From the human T2T-CHM13v2.0 reference genome, Homo sapiens, in NCBI RefSeq assembly GCF_009914755.1, contig NC_060925.1: 64,000 nt of DNA; one strand, 5' to 3'. Positions 41,082-55,834 of this stretch are shown here, piece by piece. The position numbers were made by a program, and so were the translations under genes. Numbering within the stretch: the stretch's first letter is position 1; the number at the start of each line of letters is the position of its first letter. Under the pieces are notes generated by a model. The model ran no database searches and was not told the DNA's origin. It saw only the letters and a list, made by a program, of their open reading frames with translations.

Positions 41082-41648
41082 TAAAGGAAGTCTTATATAG
41101 AATCCTAATACAGAAAAGAGAGTAAAATTAGCCTCTGCCTACTACCTATTCCCTATAGCAGCCAGCCCCGTTGCTGGTCCCCCTGCCCACTAAAGCCCCA
41201 AGGTACCATAGAACACAGAAACAGAACATACTATGAAAACTTGCCTAGGGGATCTTAATGTTTCTTTCCAGCTATAAAATTCTATGATTCTGCTTCTAAT
41301 ATGTCCCTATCCTACATTTCAAAGTCGAGTGCCCCTTTTGTATTTTATTCAAGGATTTTTTTTTAAAGCATCCATGGAACTGGTTTTAGTAAAAAGAAGA
41401 AAAGAAAAGAAGGAATCTTTTGTCACCTGAATTGAATGTCTCTTGTGTCCCATCCTTCCTTTCTCATCTCATTTCCATTCTTCAACCAGCTCTAGTTGGA
41501 ATTTGATCCCAGACTTCTTTGGAGCTATCATTCATTATGATGGTTTCGACTTAGACATCTAACTGACAAAAAGTCTCCTTCATCCACTGTCCTACTTAGC
41601 TTTTGCTTCCCAACTCCAAGTTTCCATCTTTGCTGAACAGCCTGGTAA

Positions 41649-42282
<634 letters not shown>

Positions 42283-44805
42283 AGCCTGGTAATTCTTGAG
42301 TGACTCCTACCCGGGTTCCCATAGACAACTGACCAAGGCTACAGGGCCAGGGAAACTTGATAATTTCTTTTCTATTCCCTAGAATGCTGGGCCTGGCTAA
42401 GATCTGGTGTTGTCATTACATGTTGAGGAATAATCAATTGTCAGTTAAATTTACTGTGAATAAATGAGATATGTAAAAATTACTTGGCATGGTGCTTCAC
42501 TTGTAATAGATAATTGATAAATGTTAGTTCTGCCTTTCCCTCCTTTCGCATGCTTTTCTTCCCTTTGGGCCTATCCAGGACAACTATATCCTCAGATAAA
42601 GCCTATAGGATGTCAGTCAAGGAGCTAGGTGGCTGTAATTCCTTTTAAGACTACCTTTAGCCACTGAATAAATTCATCTGATAGCCTCTGTAAAACCTTT
42701 TTTTGTTGTTGTTTTTAAAGCAAGGTGAGATATACCTACTGCGGGCATTTATGAAAAAAAAAAAGACTTCTCAAATGGTTAAGTATACTAAACCAGTTTC
42801 CTTCTTAGGTATCACTTTCTCTACACTCAGTGCCATATATATTCTTCCTTTGAAACCACTTTTTAAGGTGATAATTTCTTCTTTAGTTCATATAAAGCAG
42901 GGAACATTCTTAGTATCAAATAACAAAATTGTATTCCATTATAAACTCTTATTTCAATTGCTTTTAACAATCTGCAAATTTGTCCATTGGGACTACTTAA
43001 CTACTGTGCTCAATTGCCCAAATATGGATTTGGAAAAGAAAAGAATGGGGTATTGAGATACATACATTAAAATATTCTCACAACTACATTCAGCATTTAA
43101 ATACTAAGAATGTTGGTAGAAAACCATGGCTGGGTTTTAAAATCTGCAATTCTATAATGGAGCTAATTCACAGTGAGCAAGATGTTGTACTGCCCCAGAC
43201 AATGCTATTCAGTGATTAGGAAAAGGTGCCTGTTTTTCTGAGGGTTCTACCCCATGCCAGGGAACTAGACATGGTAAGTAAAGATTGGACTGGATTTCGA
43301 CTCCTACATACTCAATTGCGGAGATTCTTGTGCAGGCTTTTAGATAAGGCTGGTCTGATCAATAATCTGTAACTGTTCTAAAGGAGGAGACAAGGTGAGA
43401 ACAGTCTGAAGCCTTACTGGTTTAATCTTTCCTACTGTGGCCAAGTCTGCAGGTCTCATCTACCCCTTCCATGATCAGGACATTTCACGCATCCTAGTCT
43501 GTCAGGCAGTTTTTCCAGTTGCTGTCACTTGATCTCAACTTTCACACTTTTCACTGGGTCCTATACTTTAAGTCTTCTCAGGCTCTTCCTCTTGGACCAT
43601 CCATTGTTATTAAAAACATCTCTAGATAGTTGTATATTTGTTTTAATTCTGCATGAAAATATTAAAATTATCCATTTTGTTTTGCAAGTAACATGTAAAG
43701 TTCCAGAAAAATCAGAAAATGTGTGTCATAAACATAAAGAAGATAAGTTACCCATAATATTATTAATGAGAAATAACATCACTAGATCAATACTCAGCTT
43801 TTGCATACACCCTTCTCAACCTTCTTATATTTATATTTGAGTATAGGAATCATCATATTTATATATTTTCCAAAATAAGTGTTTGCCCCCACCTCCTTTT
43901 TTATTTTTTAATTCAGCTTCACCTCGGAAGGTGTCCTTTGAGATAAAAAGTAAACTCAGGTTAGGTTTTTTTTTAAAAAAAATACATGGAATGTTATAAA
44001 AAATTATCTATTCTTCTTCATAAGTTGTTTCAGCAAATTTTACTGTATTTTCAAACCTGTAATCTGTAATTCAAACATATATCCACTATGCTGAGTCCAA
44101 AATATGGTTCCTGCTTTAATAAAATGGTACAGCAATCCCTCTGACTTCACAAAATAAAACCTGTTCTCCCAAGGCTAGAGTGGATCCATGGGCTAGGGGT
44201 ACAAATAGGGATGTATACCTCACACATACAAATAAAAGTAGGACCCCTGCTATTTTTTCTTCGGTGTATTTTGGCTATAGGTGCACCCATTGACTTTCAT
44301 TTCACATCAGCTGGATCAATACTTGGCTTTTGCCTGCATAATATTAATTGAGTCTTATGCTTAGAACCCTACAATTCCAACAGCTGCTTCAGTAGAAATT
44401 GGGAAGCACTGATTTGAAGCCTGAAAAGTAAGAAATTGCATTTGCATTACATTGCATTATTGAATTGATTTCATTTCTAGCAGTTTATGTTTTAATAATT
44501 GCCTATGTCCAGTATGCTCTCATTACTTGTAGCTTAAATAAATTAGTACCAGGAATGTGTATCTGTTACATCACTGCAGTGCCTTTGGAAATAACCTCAG
44601 AATGCTTTATTATGCGGACTTTATCTTCCAGCTGCAATGTGGTTTTCTTGTTTTAACCTTAGACTAAATAAATAAATAAATTGCAAGAAAAATAAAAAAT
44701 GAAAAATAAAAATTACTTCAGAGATCATGAATTTTTCATTGTGCTTCAATAATTCTTCTGAAAACCCAATGCTAAATAAAAAATAACTATTTGTGCATAC
44801 TTATG

Positions 44806-44844
44806 TACACACACACACACACACACATGCACACACACACACAC
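44806..44844. repeat. (CA)n microsatellite
   Basis: Directly visible, one tg interruption. Confidence 0.95.
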
Positions 44845-46350
44845 TTACAATATGTTTTCCTAAAGAAGAATTAAAGACAAAAAGAGAGAAGGGGCAGAGG
44901 AGAAAGGAGATATGGAGGAAAATGTGCCATGGTGATAATTTAAGGTTACAATAATTTTTTTATTATTAAGAATTGGTTCCTTAGGACATAAAGTTACATT
45001 AAACAAATATATTTTGTCAACTGTCTTCACAGTTGCCAGAGAAGGCAAAGTGTATACGTGTTTGTGTGTGTGTGTGGTGGTGGTGAAGAAATGGGAGAAT
45101 GTTGGTCTTCTAAACCCAATTAAAATTTAACGCTTGTGTCTTTTTAGCTGACATCTTCGTTTTGGGGGAAAGATTGAGGAAATGCAATTCACAGATGCTC
45201 TTTACAAAACAAAGATATTTTCCTCCTGCTGTAGCTTCTCGGTTTGGTGCAACTGCTAATAGTTCACATAAAGGCACTTGGGATGCAGTTTTAGGCTGTA
45301 GTGTTCTGAAATCCCCTTGAAAAAACTCCTTACCAGTTTATATATTTATTTATTTTTCTAAAGATATGTTCTGGACGCTGGCAAATTGGTCTGCTTCTTA
45401 AGATTCATGTTGGTGCTTTGCTGATGGCCTCTAATACCCAGTTTAAATACACAATAGTCAGAAGGTTTAAACACACCATGTTAATCCAGCATCAGAGATC
45501 TCTGCTTGGCTGTTTATTAAAATAAAATTGTACCTGTATGAACTGGAAAGGGGCACACAGTTGCCGTTAACTGCTTTACCAAATTGATTCTGACTCACTC
45601 GTTTCAAAATGAAAATTGAAATGCTTTAGCTGTTTTTTTTGGTGGGGAATTTGCTTTACTTAGCACTAAGTGGGTATCATTTCTTGTGATTACAGAAAAA
45701 TGCATCATAACTTTTGATTATGCTGCTATTAAGGATGCATGGTAGCAATTGCTAGCACTCGTAAAGTACTGCTAGTGGGTTCTGTGTAACTCATTTTTAT
45801 TTGGAACTGAGTGGAGAAGGAGAGTATGGATGAAGTCCATACTTCAAGTCTTGACTTGCATAATGAACTAATTCACCTGGGACAACAAGGGACTGGGAGA
45901 GAACAGTTTTTGTCAATAGATTTTCTTCCCACTTTAACCTTGGCCCCAGCTGCCACTTACCCCTCTGCGCCTCTCCCAAAGTCAACCCATCAGCCATTCC
46001 TACATTTTTTTATTCCTTTAGTAAAAATGTACAGAGGCGTACTATGTATAAATATTGGCTAGATATGATGGTGTCAAAATGAAGGAACATCCTTGTTCTG
46101 TAGTTCACAATGCAAGGTAAGAGATACCTACGTAATAATTTATAAATCACATAAATTAAAAGTAAATTGGATTAAAGGTGGAAAAGATGACCAGAGCCTG
46201 GATTTCTGAAAAATTAGCTTCTGTCCTCTCATTAGATTGCAAATATCATGAAGGCAGGGATCATGCTTATCTTGTTTCCTTCAGTGTCTTGATCACACAA
46301 CATAGGATACAGTAAGCACTTGATAATTAGCCATTCAGTAAATGAATGAC

Positions 46351-46545
46351 ACATAGTGGTGTGCTTGCCCCAGCTTACACCTTCCTGCAAGAGCCAGTTA
46401 TGCATCTCTCTCCTCAACTCTGTGCTCAATGATGCAAGTTGGTAGCTTGAAATTGGTCATGGTTGGAGTACTTACACCACAACAATTGGAAAACATGACA
46501 AATCAATGCTTTCCCCCCAATGGCTGATTGTTAAACATTTACCAA
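46351..46545. mobile_element. MER63-type hAT DNA transposon
   Basis: agtggtgtgct...gttggtagcttgaaattggtcatgg...tacaccac...gattgttaaacatttacca, as in the recalled MER63A consensus. Confidence 0.8.
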
Positions 46546-47531
46546 AATAGATGGGAAAAAGAGAGGGGGAGAAAGAAAGAGACAGAATATGAGAGAGACA
46601 GTTAAATGCATATTTGCTCTTACAAATGAGACTTTTGCTACAATACCTGTGTAACCATCACATGAGCTAGGCTGCCAACCAGAAAGCCTCCTTTTGCTTT
46701 GGCTAGAGGCAAGCTAAAATATTTCATTTGCCCTAGATCTACATTGGGAGAAAGTAGAGTCCATACAATTTTTCCAGAGGAAGAGTAAGTCTGACAGTAT
46801 TTCTCTATTCTGTGCTTGCCTATCACGTGTATCTAATGTCTTTCCAGGGGAAGCCTCGAGCTTCTTATAGCCATAACAGTGTGAGAGAATAAAACATAAG
46901 GGATCCAGCCTTCTAGGGGCTGAGTGTTGGAACATGTCAAGTTATCACTGTGAGTTCTTGAACTTCAGCATTGTAGCCTAATAAAAATTGTTTGTCCTAA
47001 ATCCTGATGTAACCATGGGAAGAAGTTGAAAAAAGTAGGGAAAGAAAAGAAATCAGGCATTCTGGGCAGAGAATAGGGTGTGAGCAAAAGCACAGAAGTG
47101 GAAAGACCTAGTGGGTATTCAGTGAGCAGCCCAATCTGTAGGAATGGACAGAGAAGTGCCTTGAAGACAAGGGCAAGTTTGGTCTTCAGTTGGTCATAGA
47201 GACCACGAGAGCCTTCTGATTATTTTGGTAAAATAACTGTTGGTATGTAAGATGGTTTGGGCAGGGTACAAAGAGACTGAAGGCAAGGTGGCCAGTGTCC
47301 TATTCAGGCCAAAGGTACCAAGGGTTTGAATTAGGAGAATAGCAGTGGAATTGGAAAGGAAAAATGTATTCAAGAGTTAAAAGCTTATTTGAAAACATAT
47401 GCAGTATGGTAGGTGAAGGAGACCTGAGGGTGACACCAGGTTTTAAAACTGGTTTTGCAGGATAATACTTTTCCTACCAACAAAACCACAATAAAAATAG
47501 AAAGTCTTAAGATGAACTTCATGGCAGATAC

Positions 47532-48031
47532 TGTAGCCAGCATCTGTTTAAACCCCTTTTTCTCTTTCCTTTGTCATTATTGATAGTTAAAACCTCATCT
47601 TCCCAGATTTCCTTTCCATGTGATAGAGTGGTCATGTGACAGAGATGGTCATGTCCAGACAGGGTACTAGACAATGCAACATAAATTGAAGTCTGTTGTG
47701 ATTTCTGGATAAACCATTTGTTTTCCTGATAGAGAAGCTACTTTTTCTGTTTTTTGTCCTGAAATTTTCTCCTGCCTGGAAAGCAGAGACGATGGTTAGA
47801 ACTATAGTTAGCATACTGGGATCATGAAGGAAAGGCCAAAAGTATTTAGAGATTTCAGCCTTGGTGTCTTTGGCTCACTAAATTATAGTCAGCACTGTCT
47901 ACCTATGGATTTCTTGTTGCTGAAAAATTAAATAAACAACAACAACAACAAAACAAAAATAAAAGCACAGCACTTTGTATGTTATGCTCAGTTTCTTTTT
48001 ACTTATAATTGAATGAAATGTAATTAATACA
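47532..48031 (+). mobile_element. Old MLT1 (H/I/J-like) LTR
   Basis: gtggtcatgtgac, tttgttttcctgat, cctgcctgga, ctacctatggatttcttgtt, terminal taattaataca. Confidence 0.65.
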
Positions 48032-48769
48032 ATTGGTAACAATGGTGAATTTGGACTTAGAAATGTTAAATTTGAGAGTAATCACAGAATATCTGGGTAG
48101 AACATGTCAGCAAAGATTTTAAAATTGCAACCTAGCTGCACATACAAATTACCTGAAAAGAAAAAAAATTGCTTGTACTTACCCCTGGCTAATTAAATCT
48201 GAATCTCTAGGGGTGAAGCCCAAGTGACTCTGATGTTTAGGCAGGGTTGAGAATCATTGGTCTTGAGCAGGCAGCTCCTGAGATGTGGATAAAGCCATCT
48301 CTCTAATAGTTGGAGCTGGGAAATGAATAAAATCTCTAATGAGGAAGATAGAAAAAGGAGCAAAGGATACTCTTGAATAAATTAGAAATAAAACTTGAAG
48401 GGAAAGAGGAGCGGTGGAGGACTAAATGTGTCATTGAGGAGGAAGCAGTAATATTAATAAAATTGTGCTGCATACTGAGCATTTCACATGTAAGTTAATT
48501 ACCTCCCCCAGGGTTCCACAAAAATCAGGAGATTGATCCAGGTTTGTTTGATTATATAAAGTCTTTCTTGCTTCACAATTGACTTCCTACTCAATAGATC
48601 CAGTATGATCTTCAAAAGTCCATATCCTTTTAAACTTTTTTTTGCAATATGTGATACTCTTGGCCATTTCTCATCTTCATTTCTTAAAATTATTCTTCTT
48701 TGGCTTCCATTATTCAACAGAACACTAGTTTGGTTTTCTTGTAAATATAGCTAAGATTTAGTAAGCATA

Positions 48770-49005
48770 ATTATGTGTCAGGCACAGTTCTAAGCATGTT
48801 GTAAGTATTCACTCATGTAATCCTATCAATAGCCCTAACAACTGCCCTATGAGGCAGGTACTGTACCTTGTTATTTTTTTTTTTTTTTTTTTTTTACAGG
48901 GAAACAAATGCATAGGCCAAAGTCACAGAGCTGGTAAGTGGCTGAGCTAGTATTAAACCAGGAAATGTTGCTCAAGTCTGTGTTCTTAACTACTGATCTG
49001 TGTAG
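48770..49005 (-). mobile_element. MIR with internal poly-T expansion
   Basis: tgtgtcaggcacagttctaagc...aactgccctatgaggcaggtact...T22 acagggaaac...gtcacagagctggtaagtggc. Confidence 0.8.
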
Positions 49006-49089
49006 TATGATGCTTAAATATATATGCTTTGAAGCCTAACGAATTTATTAGCTGTGTGACTTGAGATGAGTCATTTAACCTCTCAGAGG

Positions 49090-50000
49090 TGGAGATGTGT
49101 GATGGTAGAGAAGGAAGTCGAGAGTCCTTGCTTTGATATCTCTATTTCTACAGAGAATCAGGAGGTAAAATCACTAGAGGAGAAGTACTGGGATGGGAAG
49201 CTTGAGGACTGTTTGAAATAGTTCTTGAAGGAAATGGAAGAGGTTGCTATCCAGGGATATACTGACAATTCTTGAGGCACCATGGGGAAAGGCAGGCTGA
49301 GATCAGAAACCAAGAAGCTGTGGCACCAATATGAGAGACTATGGGGTTTTCTCCAGTAGAGCTTGAAGGTCTAGGTTTAGGATCAGAATAGGTAAATAGT
49401 TGAATGGATTAAGAGTTGGCTGATTGAGCATAGAGGAAAGACAAGAGGTAAGTTGATTGAGGATGTTAACAAGAAAGAGGTTAATGATGTAATTTGTGTT
49501 TTATGGGCTTGAAAAGTAAAGAACTGAAATCAAGAGGAGACAAATTTTGGAGAAAATTGGGATCAAGAAAGTGGTGCTCTGGATGAAATTTGAACAACCG
49601 ATGTTATTCAAGTTAGGGAGTGGTAGAATTAGAAGATTAGTAGGTAGTGACTGATGCAGGCATAGATGCTGGGATCCTTTAAATTAACAGTCTACAAAGT
49701 AGAGCAGTTCCCTGTGGATTGAGGTCCAGGGTGTGGCCATTAGTGTGAATTATTCCAGGGGAGTTAAAAATGGCTGGAATTGAAGAGGGAGGGAATTGAG
49801 ACAAAGTTGATGGAAGACTCTCTTTACAGGGAAACTGAAGCCACCCATGGTGGTCATAAAATCTGAATTAGAGCAATTGGCTGAACCAAATACAAAACCT
49901 TCAGTCAAGATGACTAGAATGTACACAGGTGCCAATGGGGAGAGGGAGAAGGAAACTCGCTAGATGCTTTAAGGGTCTACAGAGAAGATATTTACACAAT
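49090..50000 (-). mobile_element. L2 internal fragment
   Basis: Purine-rich antisense L2 ORF2-like sequence (gaggtccagggtgtggccat, gaaactgaagccaccca). Confidence 0.55.
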
Positions 50001-51082
50001 AGCAGGAAAAAAATGTCTAGAAAAGAGGACATCTTGGAATTCTGAAACATAAGGGAGGGAGAGCATGAGAAGGAAAAAATACGAGGACTTTGAAATGTGA
50101 AGAAGCTAAGATAGACTTATTGTCAAAGGGATTTTAGAGGTAGAAAGACACGACGGATCACCTAATTCAAACTTCTTGTTTCAAATGGTAAAGAGTGAGA
50201 GGGGCAAGCTATTCTCAAATTTATACCACTAGTTAGCAGAACCTAGGATTATTCATTCACTGGTTATTCATTATTAATTCATCAAATATTTATTGAGCAA
50301 CTAGTGTCAATCTTTAAGGATACCAACATGAATAAATCTCATTACCTGTCCTCAAGGAACTTATAGTATGGTGGAGAGAGGTGGACAAAATCCAAAATGT
50401 AATTACAATGTAATGATATAAAGGGTAGGAGAGGGCCTTACAAAGAATGCTTTGGAAGTTTGAAAATGAGCCTCATGCCTAGAGGGAAGGAGCAAGCAGA
50501 GTTGGTTGATTGTGGTATGGGTCCAGGTAGAATTGGAGCAATATAGCTAGCACATGCTAAATTTGAGCAAATTAGACAAAGATGCTTTTTCTTTCAGGCT
50601 AATGTGGCACCTAGCCAGGGCATAGAGCTCAGCAAATTGACCCTAAGCTGGATTTTCTCTAGTTCTTGCCTACTTTTCCTCAACCTTCTGAAATGTAAGT
50701 GGCAGTTCTGGGTAGGGGTAGGTAGAGTACCTGTTATCAGGGAAGACTTCACATAGGAGGTGGATTTAAACCATTCTTTGCTTTCAAGTCCAAAGCTCCA
50801 TTTAATTTCTGATAGCTGAAGAAGTTAACATCTTCTGCTCCACAAAGGAGGAACCTGAGCCATCTACTTAGAGGGAGGGCCTTGAGTAGTGTAGGAGAAT
50901 TAGAGAGTTGACAACTGTGGAAAACACTAGCAACTGTTCCCTCAAAGTTTTAAAACAGAAGAACCAGGGACAGAAGGTACTGTTATTAAATTTATATCAG
51001 AAGCAATTTTTAGTCTTTCAGTTCATCCAGCTGTGGTAGTCTATGATGCTTCTTGGCATCCTAAAGAAAGGGTGATACAGCA

Positions 51083-51155
51083 TCACTCTCTACTTGCTAT
51101 TCACCTATACTCTACTCTATCTTTATCATTTAGGTTTTCATTCATTTTTCAAAAG
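51083..51155 (+). repeat. 73-bp dispersed direct repeat, copy 1 (copy 2 at 52043-52115)
   Basis: The two copies align with only 2 mismatches at an offset of 960 bp. Confidence 0.97.
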
Positions 51156-51442
51156 GGCAGTAATTTGGAGACACTGTTGATCATAAATGGTAAAGTGGTT
51201 TGGACCTAAAGAAGAATTATAGTCTCTCTTCCTGGCTATGCAGGCATGGCCACAGAGCAGTTTTTCTTAAAGAAAATTGATTTAACTAAAATACACTTTA
51301 CCAGTGTGACTGTATAATTGCCTCTAAAACATCTCTATGGAATAGTAGGGTGGTGAATAGCCTAAAGAAAAAGGATATAATGTAATGAGAGAAACTAGAA
51401 GAAAGTGTTAACTGGCCAAAGCAAGACAATATTAGAAGCAAA

Positions 51443-51836
51443 CTATTAGTGAGAATAGATGTAGTAATGTGGTAAAACCTTTAAATCTCAGCAGCTTAAA
51501 ATATCAAAGGTTTATTTCTCTTGTTGCTGTATGTCGCACGTTGGCTAGAGCTTCTACTTCACATCATAACCTGGTCAGACATGCAGACTAAAGAAACCAT
51601 ATCATCTCCAGAACTACTGGTTGCTGAGGCAAAGGGAGAGAGAGAATGTGCAGTGTCTTGCACTGGGAATAGAATGTGTCTGTCCTCAAGTAGCACATGT
51701 CACTTCTGCTCAATTTTATTGGTCAAAGCAAGTCAGATGCCATGTTCAACTTCATGGAAGTAAGGAGGTACAATCCTGCTGTGTGCTGGTGAGGAGTAGA
51801 ATTAAAATATTTGGCATATAGAATTAAGACTATCAG
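51443..51836 (-). mobile_element. MLT1I/J-like LTR
   Basis: aaatctcagcagcttaaaatatcaaaggtttatttctc, tgtcacttctgctcaattttattggtcaaagcaagtca. Confidence 0.8.
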
Positions 51837-51859
51837 ACTTCTTACAGCATCTTTAATGC

Positions 51860-52340
51860 TGTTTCTCCCTTCATCAACCTACTCTATAAACTTCTATCAT
51901 AGTAATCTTCCTAACACATGGAATTCCTCTACCTAAAATCCTTCACAGATCCTCTTTACCTTATGAATTACACCCTGAATCTTTAGCTTCACATTGCAGG
52001 TTTCTTACCGTCTATTCCCAGGAAAATCTGGGATGTCGACCCTCACTCTCTACTCGCTATTCAGCTATACTCTACTCTATCTTTATCATTTAGGTTTTCA
52101 TTCATTTTTCAAAAGTAAGCCCCACAAAGCAAAGGGTTTTTCAGTTCTTCCCTTCAACATCAGGATCTTGTCAGTGTTTTTCAAAGCATGCGTTACATAA
52201 TAGAAGTTTATACCCATGCCTCTTTCCCATTATATGGGAAGTACTTTGAGGACAGAAACTATCTTGTCATTATACGGTTCCCTTTGTTAAGCTTTGAGCG
52301 CAGTGCTTGATGTATGGCAGGTATTCAGTTCATTGAAGGA
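51860..52340 (+). mobile_element. Degraded L2 3' fragment containing copy 2 of the 73-bp repeat
   Basis: cctctacctaaaatccttca, ctttgaggacagaaactatcttgt, gcagtgcttgatgtatggcaggtattca. Confidence 0.6.
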
Positions 52341-55300
52341 TCTTACGTTGTCTTTCTTGATTTGATCTGGTTGAACCTTAATCTACTCTCTTCTTCATGC
52401 CTTGTTTGTAGCCCCCAGGGATGTTCATGGTCAAAGTAGAGGTATCCTGTTGGTGCTCACTATTAATGTTCTGAGTCAGATGTTTGATACTGGGAGCTGA
52501 AATGTTTTTAACTGTTATTAAAAATGGTGCTATTAAAAATAAATAGGGAATATAATTGGTTGGAAAGTCATGAGGAAAGGAGGAGAAAGAAATAGAGAGA
52601 AACTGTAATACTCCTTTCTAAGAAAATCAGAATGATAACTACCATCAGACTAATTTTCATAGATAATTGCACTTTAAATTTTGTTTTCGTCACTAGACTC
52701 TGGATATTTAGAGAGAACGGAGCACATTGAGTCATCTTTATATAAAGTACATACACCATGGTGCTCAATACAAATGAGTTTCTTTTCTATTTTCTGTTAA
52801 ATCTTGGCTTCTCCCTGGTTATGTATGTAGGTTGTGGTCATATGGGGCTAAGTCAGAATGTTCATTTTATAAAATTAGACATGTCAGAGACCTAAGAAAC
52901 TATTTACCTTTTCTTATCTTATTGGTGAAGAAACTGAGATCCAGAGAGAAGAAGCAACATTTTCCTTTCAAGTATGCTATGTGAATATCCACAGATTTCA
53001 TTGACCTCTTTCCTTCCCAAACTTCTAAAATGCAAAATGATAATGATCACTAATAATTGGATTCATTAGTGGGATCAGATTAATCACTTTTGTGAGTTTA
53101 TTGAGTAGATGTTAAGTGTTAGCTACCTTGCAGATTGCTGGAAATGGAAAGAAAAAGGACACAATTTCCTTTATATAATTCCTCTGAGTTTAGTTTACAA
53201 TGTGTAAGGTTCCCTGCTGGGTGCTGAGTGGGAGGCTATTCACCACCCTACTGTTCCATAGAGATGTTTTAGAGGCAGTTATACAGTCACATTGGTAAAG
53301 TGTATTTTAGTTAAATCGATTTGAATGGGGGTTTATTTATTGAATTTTCTAGTTGGTGGTTTAACAATTTCAAGATAAATTAGTTTTTTAAAATTAACAA
53401 TAGGACATGATGATAAACTGTATAATGAGACTGGACATTCATTTTAAGCATAATTTCAAAACAAAATGAACTTACCATAGGGGAACATTCAAAAGCCAAA
53501 TACTTTTGACTGCTAATCTCTGCTTTTCTGAATTGAAAGCCTAGGTTTGGGAATATAACACTCTGTTGGTGAGTTTCTGGACAGAAGCAGCAGTAGCAGA
53601 AATAACAACAGTAATAACATCAACAAGACCTCACAATTTTTTTTTTAATCTTAAAAGAGTTCTATATTAATCTATGTGTTTTTTAATTGGGAAAAGAGGA
53701 AGAGCTATATGATAATCAGCATATTCATTTAGAATCAGGGAAGGGCAGAAGGACTAGAAAAACACTCAAAGAAATGTTATATTAGCACTGATCTCAATCA
53801 TAGATAAAATCCAAATGTGATTCTAAGGGTTTTGTTTCACAGACAGCAAAGGGGAGCTCCTACAAAGGGAGAGAGATGTTGAAGGTGAAAATGAGGTGGT
53901 GGAACTACTCGGGAAATTAAAACTGTAATAAGGCACCAGTGGGTTGTGTTTCTGTCCCTTTGCAATAACCGAATGTGAACAAAAGGGTCAGAGGGCAAAG
54001 GCTGAAGTTCAGCTTAGAAAATGAGGGCTGTCATGCGGCTTCAGGCTGTGCATATGGCAGGTGGAACCAGGCTGACAAATTAGACAGCTCTGGACAACCT
54101 TCATGGTTGAAAATCGGGACTCTTCAGTTTGCTACAGAAGAGAGGGTATAGCATTTGTAGGAAAGAGGAACAGCACCATTTCACAAAGGTTTTAATATGA
54201 GCAACATGCTAGCTCTGCTTGGAGGAGACGGAAACGGAGAAAGAATTAGGAAAGTGGGTGTTTGGTGTGAGACTGAGAGTGCAAAAGGCAAAAATGAAAA
54301 TAAAGAAGAAAAGAGGAATGAGAGAGAGAGAAACAGAGTGTGAGAAGGTAGAGATAAAAATGATGTGAATGAGAGCCAACATGAGCAAGATAGGCTGTGA
54401 GAGGAGAAATAAATGGAAAGAGCTAGCAAAAATGTGTTGGGAGGAGGAGAGCACTAGACAAAGATTAGAGATTTAGAGATAAGGAGAGAGGGTCAGAGGA
54501 AAGAAGACCGGAGAAAGCCAAAAAAAAAAAAAAAAGAAAGCAGGCGCTCCACTGTAAATTCAGGCCTGTTTCAGCATATACAATTTCTAGGGAGCTGCTA
54601 AGAGCTATCTCCTGTCAGCTGGTGCCAGGACATGCTGGGAGTAATGGAGGGACAGTCAGAAGCCAGGAGTGAGCACTGGGTTCAGGCACACAGGTAGCTC
54701 TGGTTGATTGAGCTGAGCCCGATTGAGCTGAGCCCTTGTAATGACAGAGGAGGAACTGCCTCCATATGCTAAAACCAGACGATTATTCTTTATTTTTTAC
54801 TTACAAGCTATCTTTGTTTCATGTGCTCTCAAAAGCCATTAAAATGCTTGTAGCAAAGCTTCATGGTTGCTATGTGCACTGGTCATAATATTCAGGCCAA
54901 GGGGTTATTATAAGGGAGGGAGATAACAGGTTTTCCCAAGTGGAGATTTAAGTAATACTTAACAGTGTGGGCCATCTGGTGAATTCCATGGAAAACAAAT
55001 TGCCTTTCATAAGCATTTTTACTATCTCTACGCCTTGCTAATTTCGGTGGACAAACTATTCCTTAAGGGGTTTTGCACAGACAAAGAATAGAGGGCAGCT
55101 TCTCGGTCCTTTCCTTTGCTTCTCTAGGCTCCAGAAATGTCTTTATTTTCCAGCTTGTCAGAGCCACAGTGGTCAGGATCATTTGCTCTCTTTAAGAGTC
55201 CAGGTGACATCCACTATAGTCTTAAAAGTATTGATTGAACACCTACTATGTGATCCAATAATGTTGGATGCTATGAGAAGGCATAGAATTATAAGAAATA

Positions 55301-55417
55301 GTCTTGTGGACTGTGTCAGTGAGTATAAATTTACACCTTTGAATGTTCTATATCTTCATAGGGACTTGGCATATACACAGATGTATGCATTTTTCATAAT
55401 CAAATACAAATACACAG

Positions 55418-55700
55418 TTAGGATTGTACATTTCATTGTATTTAAATTTTACTTCAAAGGAAAAACAACTATAAATAAATATTGAGGCTTATTTACTGCC
55501 ATGCATACTGAAATATTAAGGGTGAAGGGTACTGATATCTGCAATTTACATTAAAATGCATCCATAAGAAAATGGGCTGATGAATGGAGAAAGGAATGAA
55601 TCAGTGAATAAATACGTGATAAAACAAGAGCAGTAAAACATTGAAATCCAGGTTGTGGGTATATAGGTGTTCACTGTAAAATTCAACTTGAACTGCTTAA
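55418..55700 (+). mobile_element. L1MC/ME-like 3' end fragment
   Basis: tgaaatattaagggtgaag...tgatatctgcaatttac, gtgggtatataggtgttcactgtaaaatt. Confidence 0.7.
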
Positions 55701-55834
55701 TTTGCTTCCTGAAATAATGAGTAAAAAATTAAAAGCTATTGATGTGGCATTAATTCTAGGAGTTAAGAAAAGAAAGTGGTGGGGTAAGAAATGGAGAAAG
55801 AGATGTGGACAGAAAGAAGATAATAAAGGGTAAT

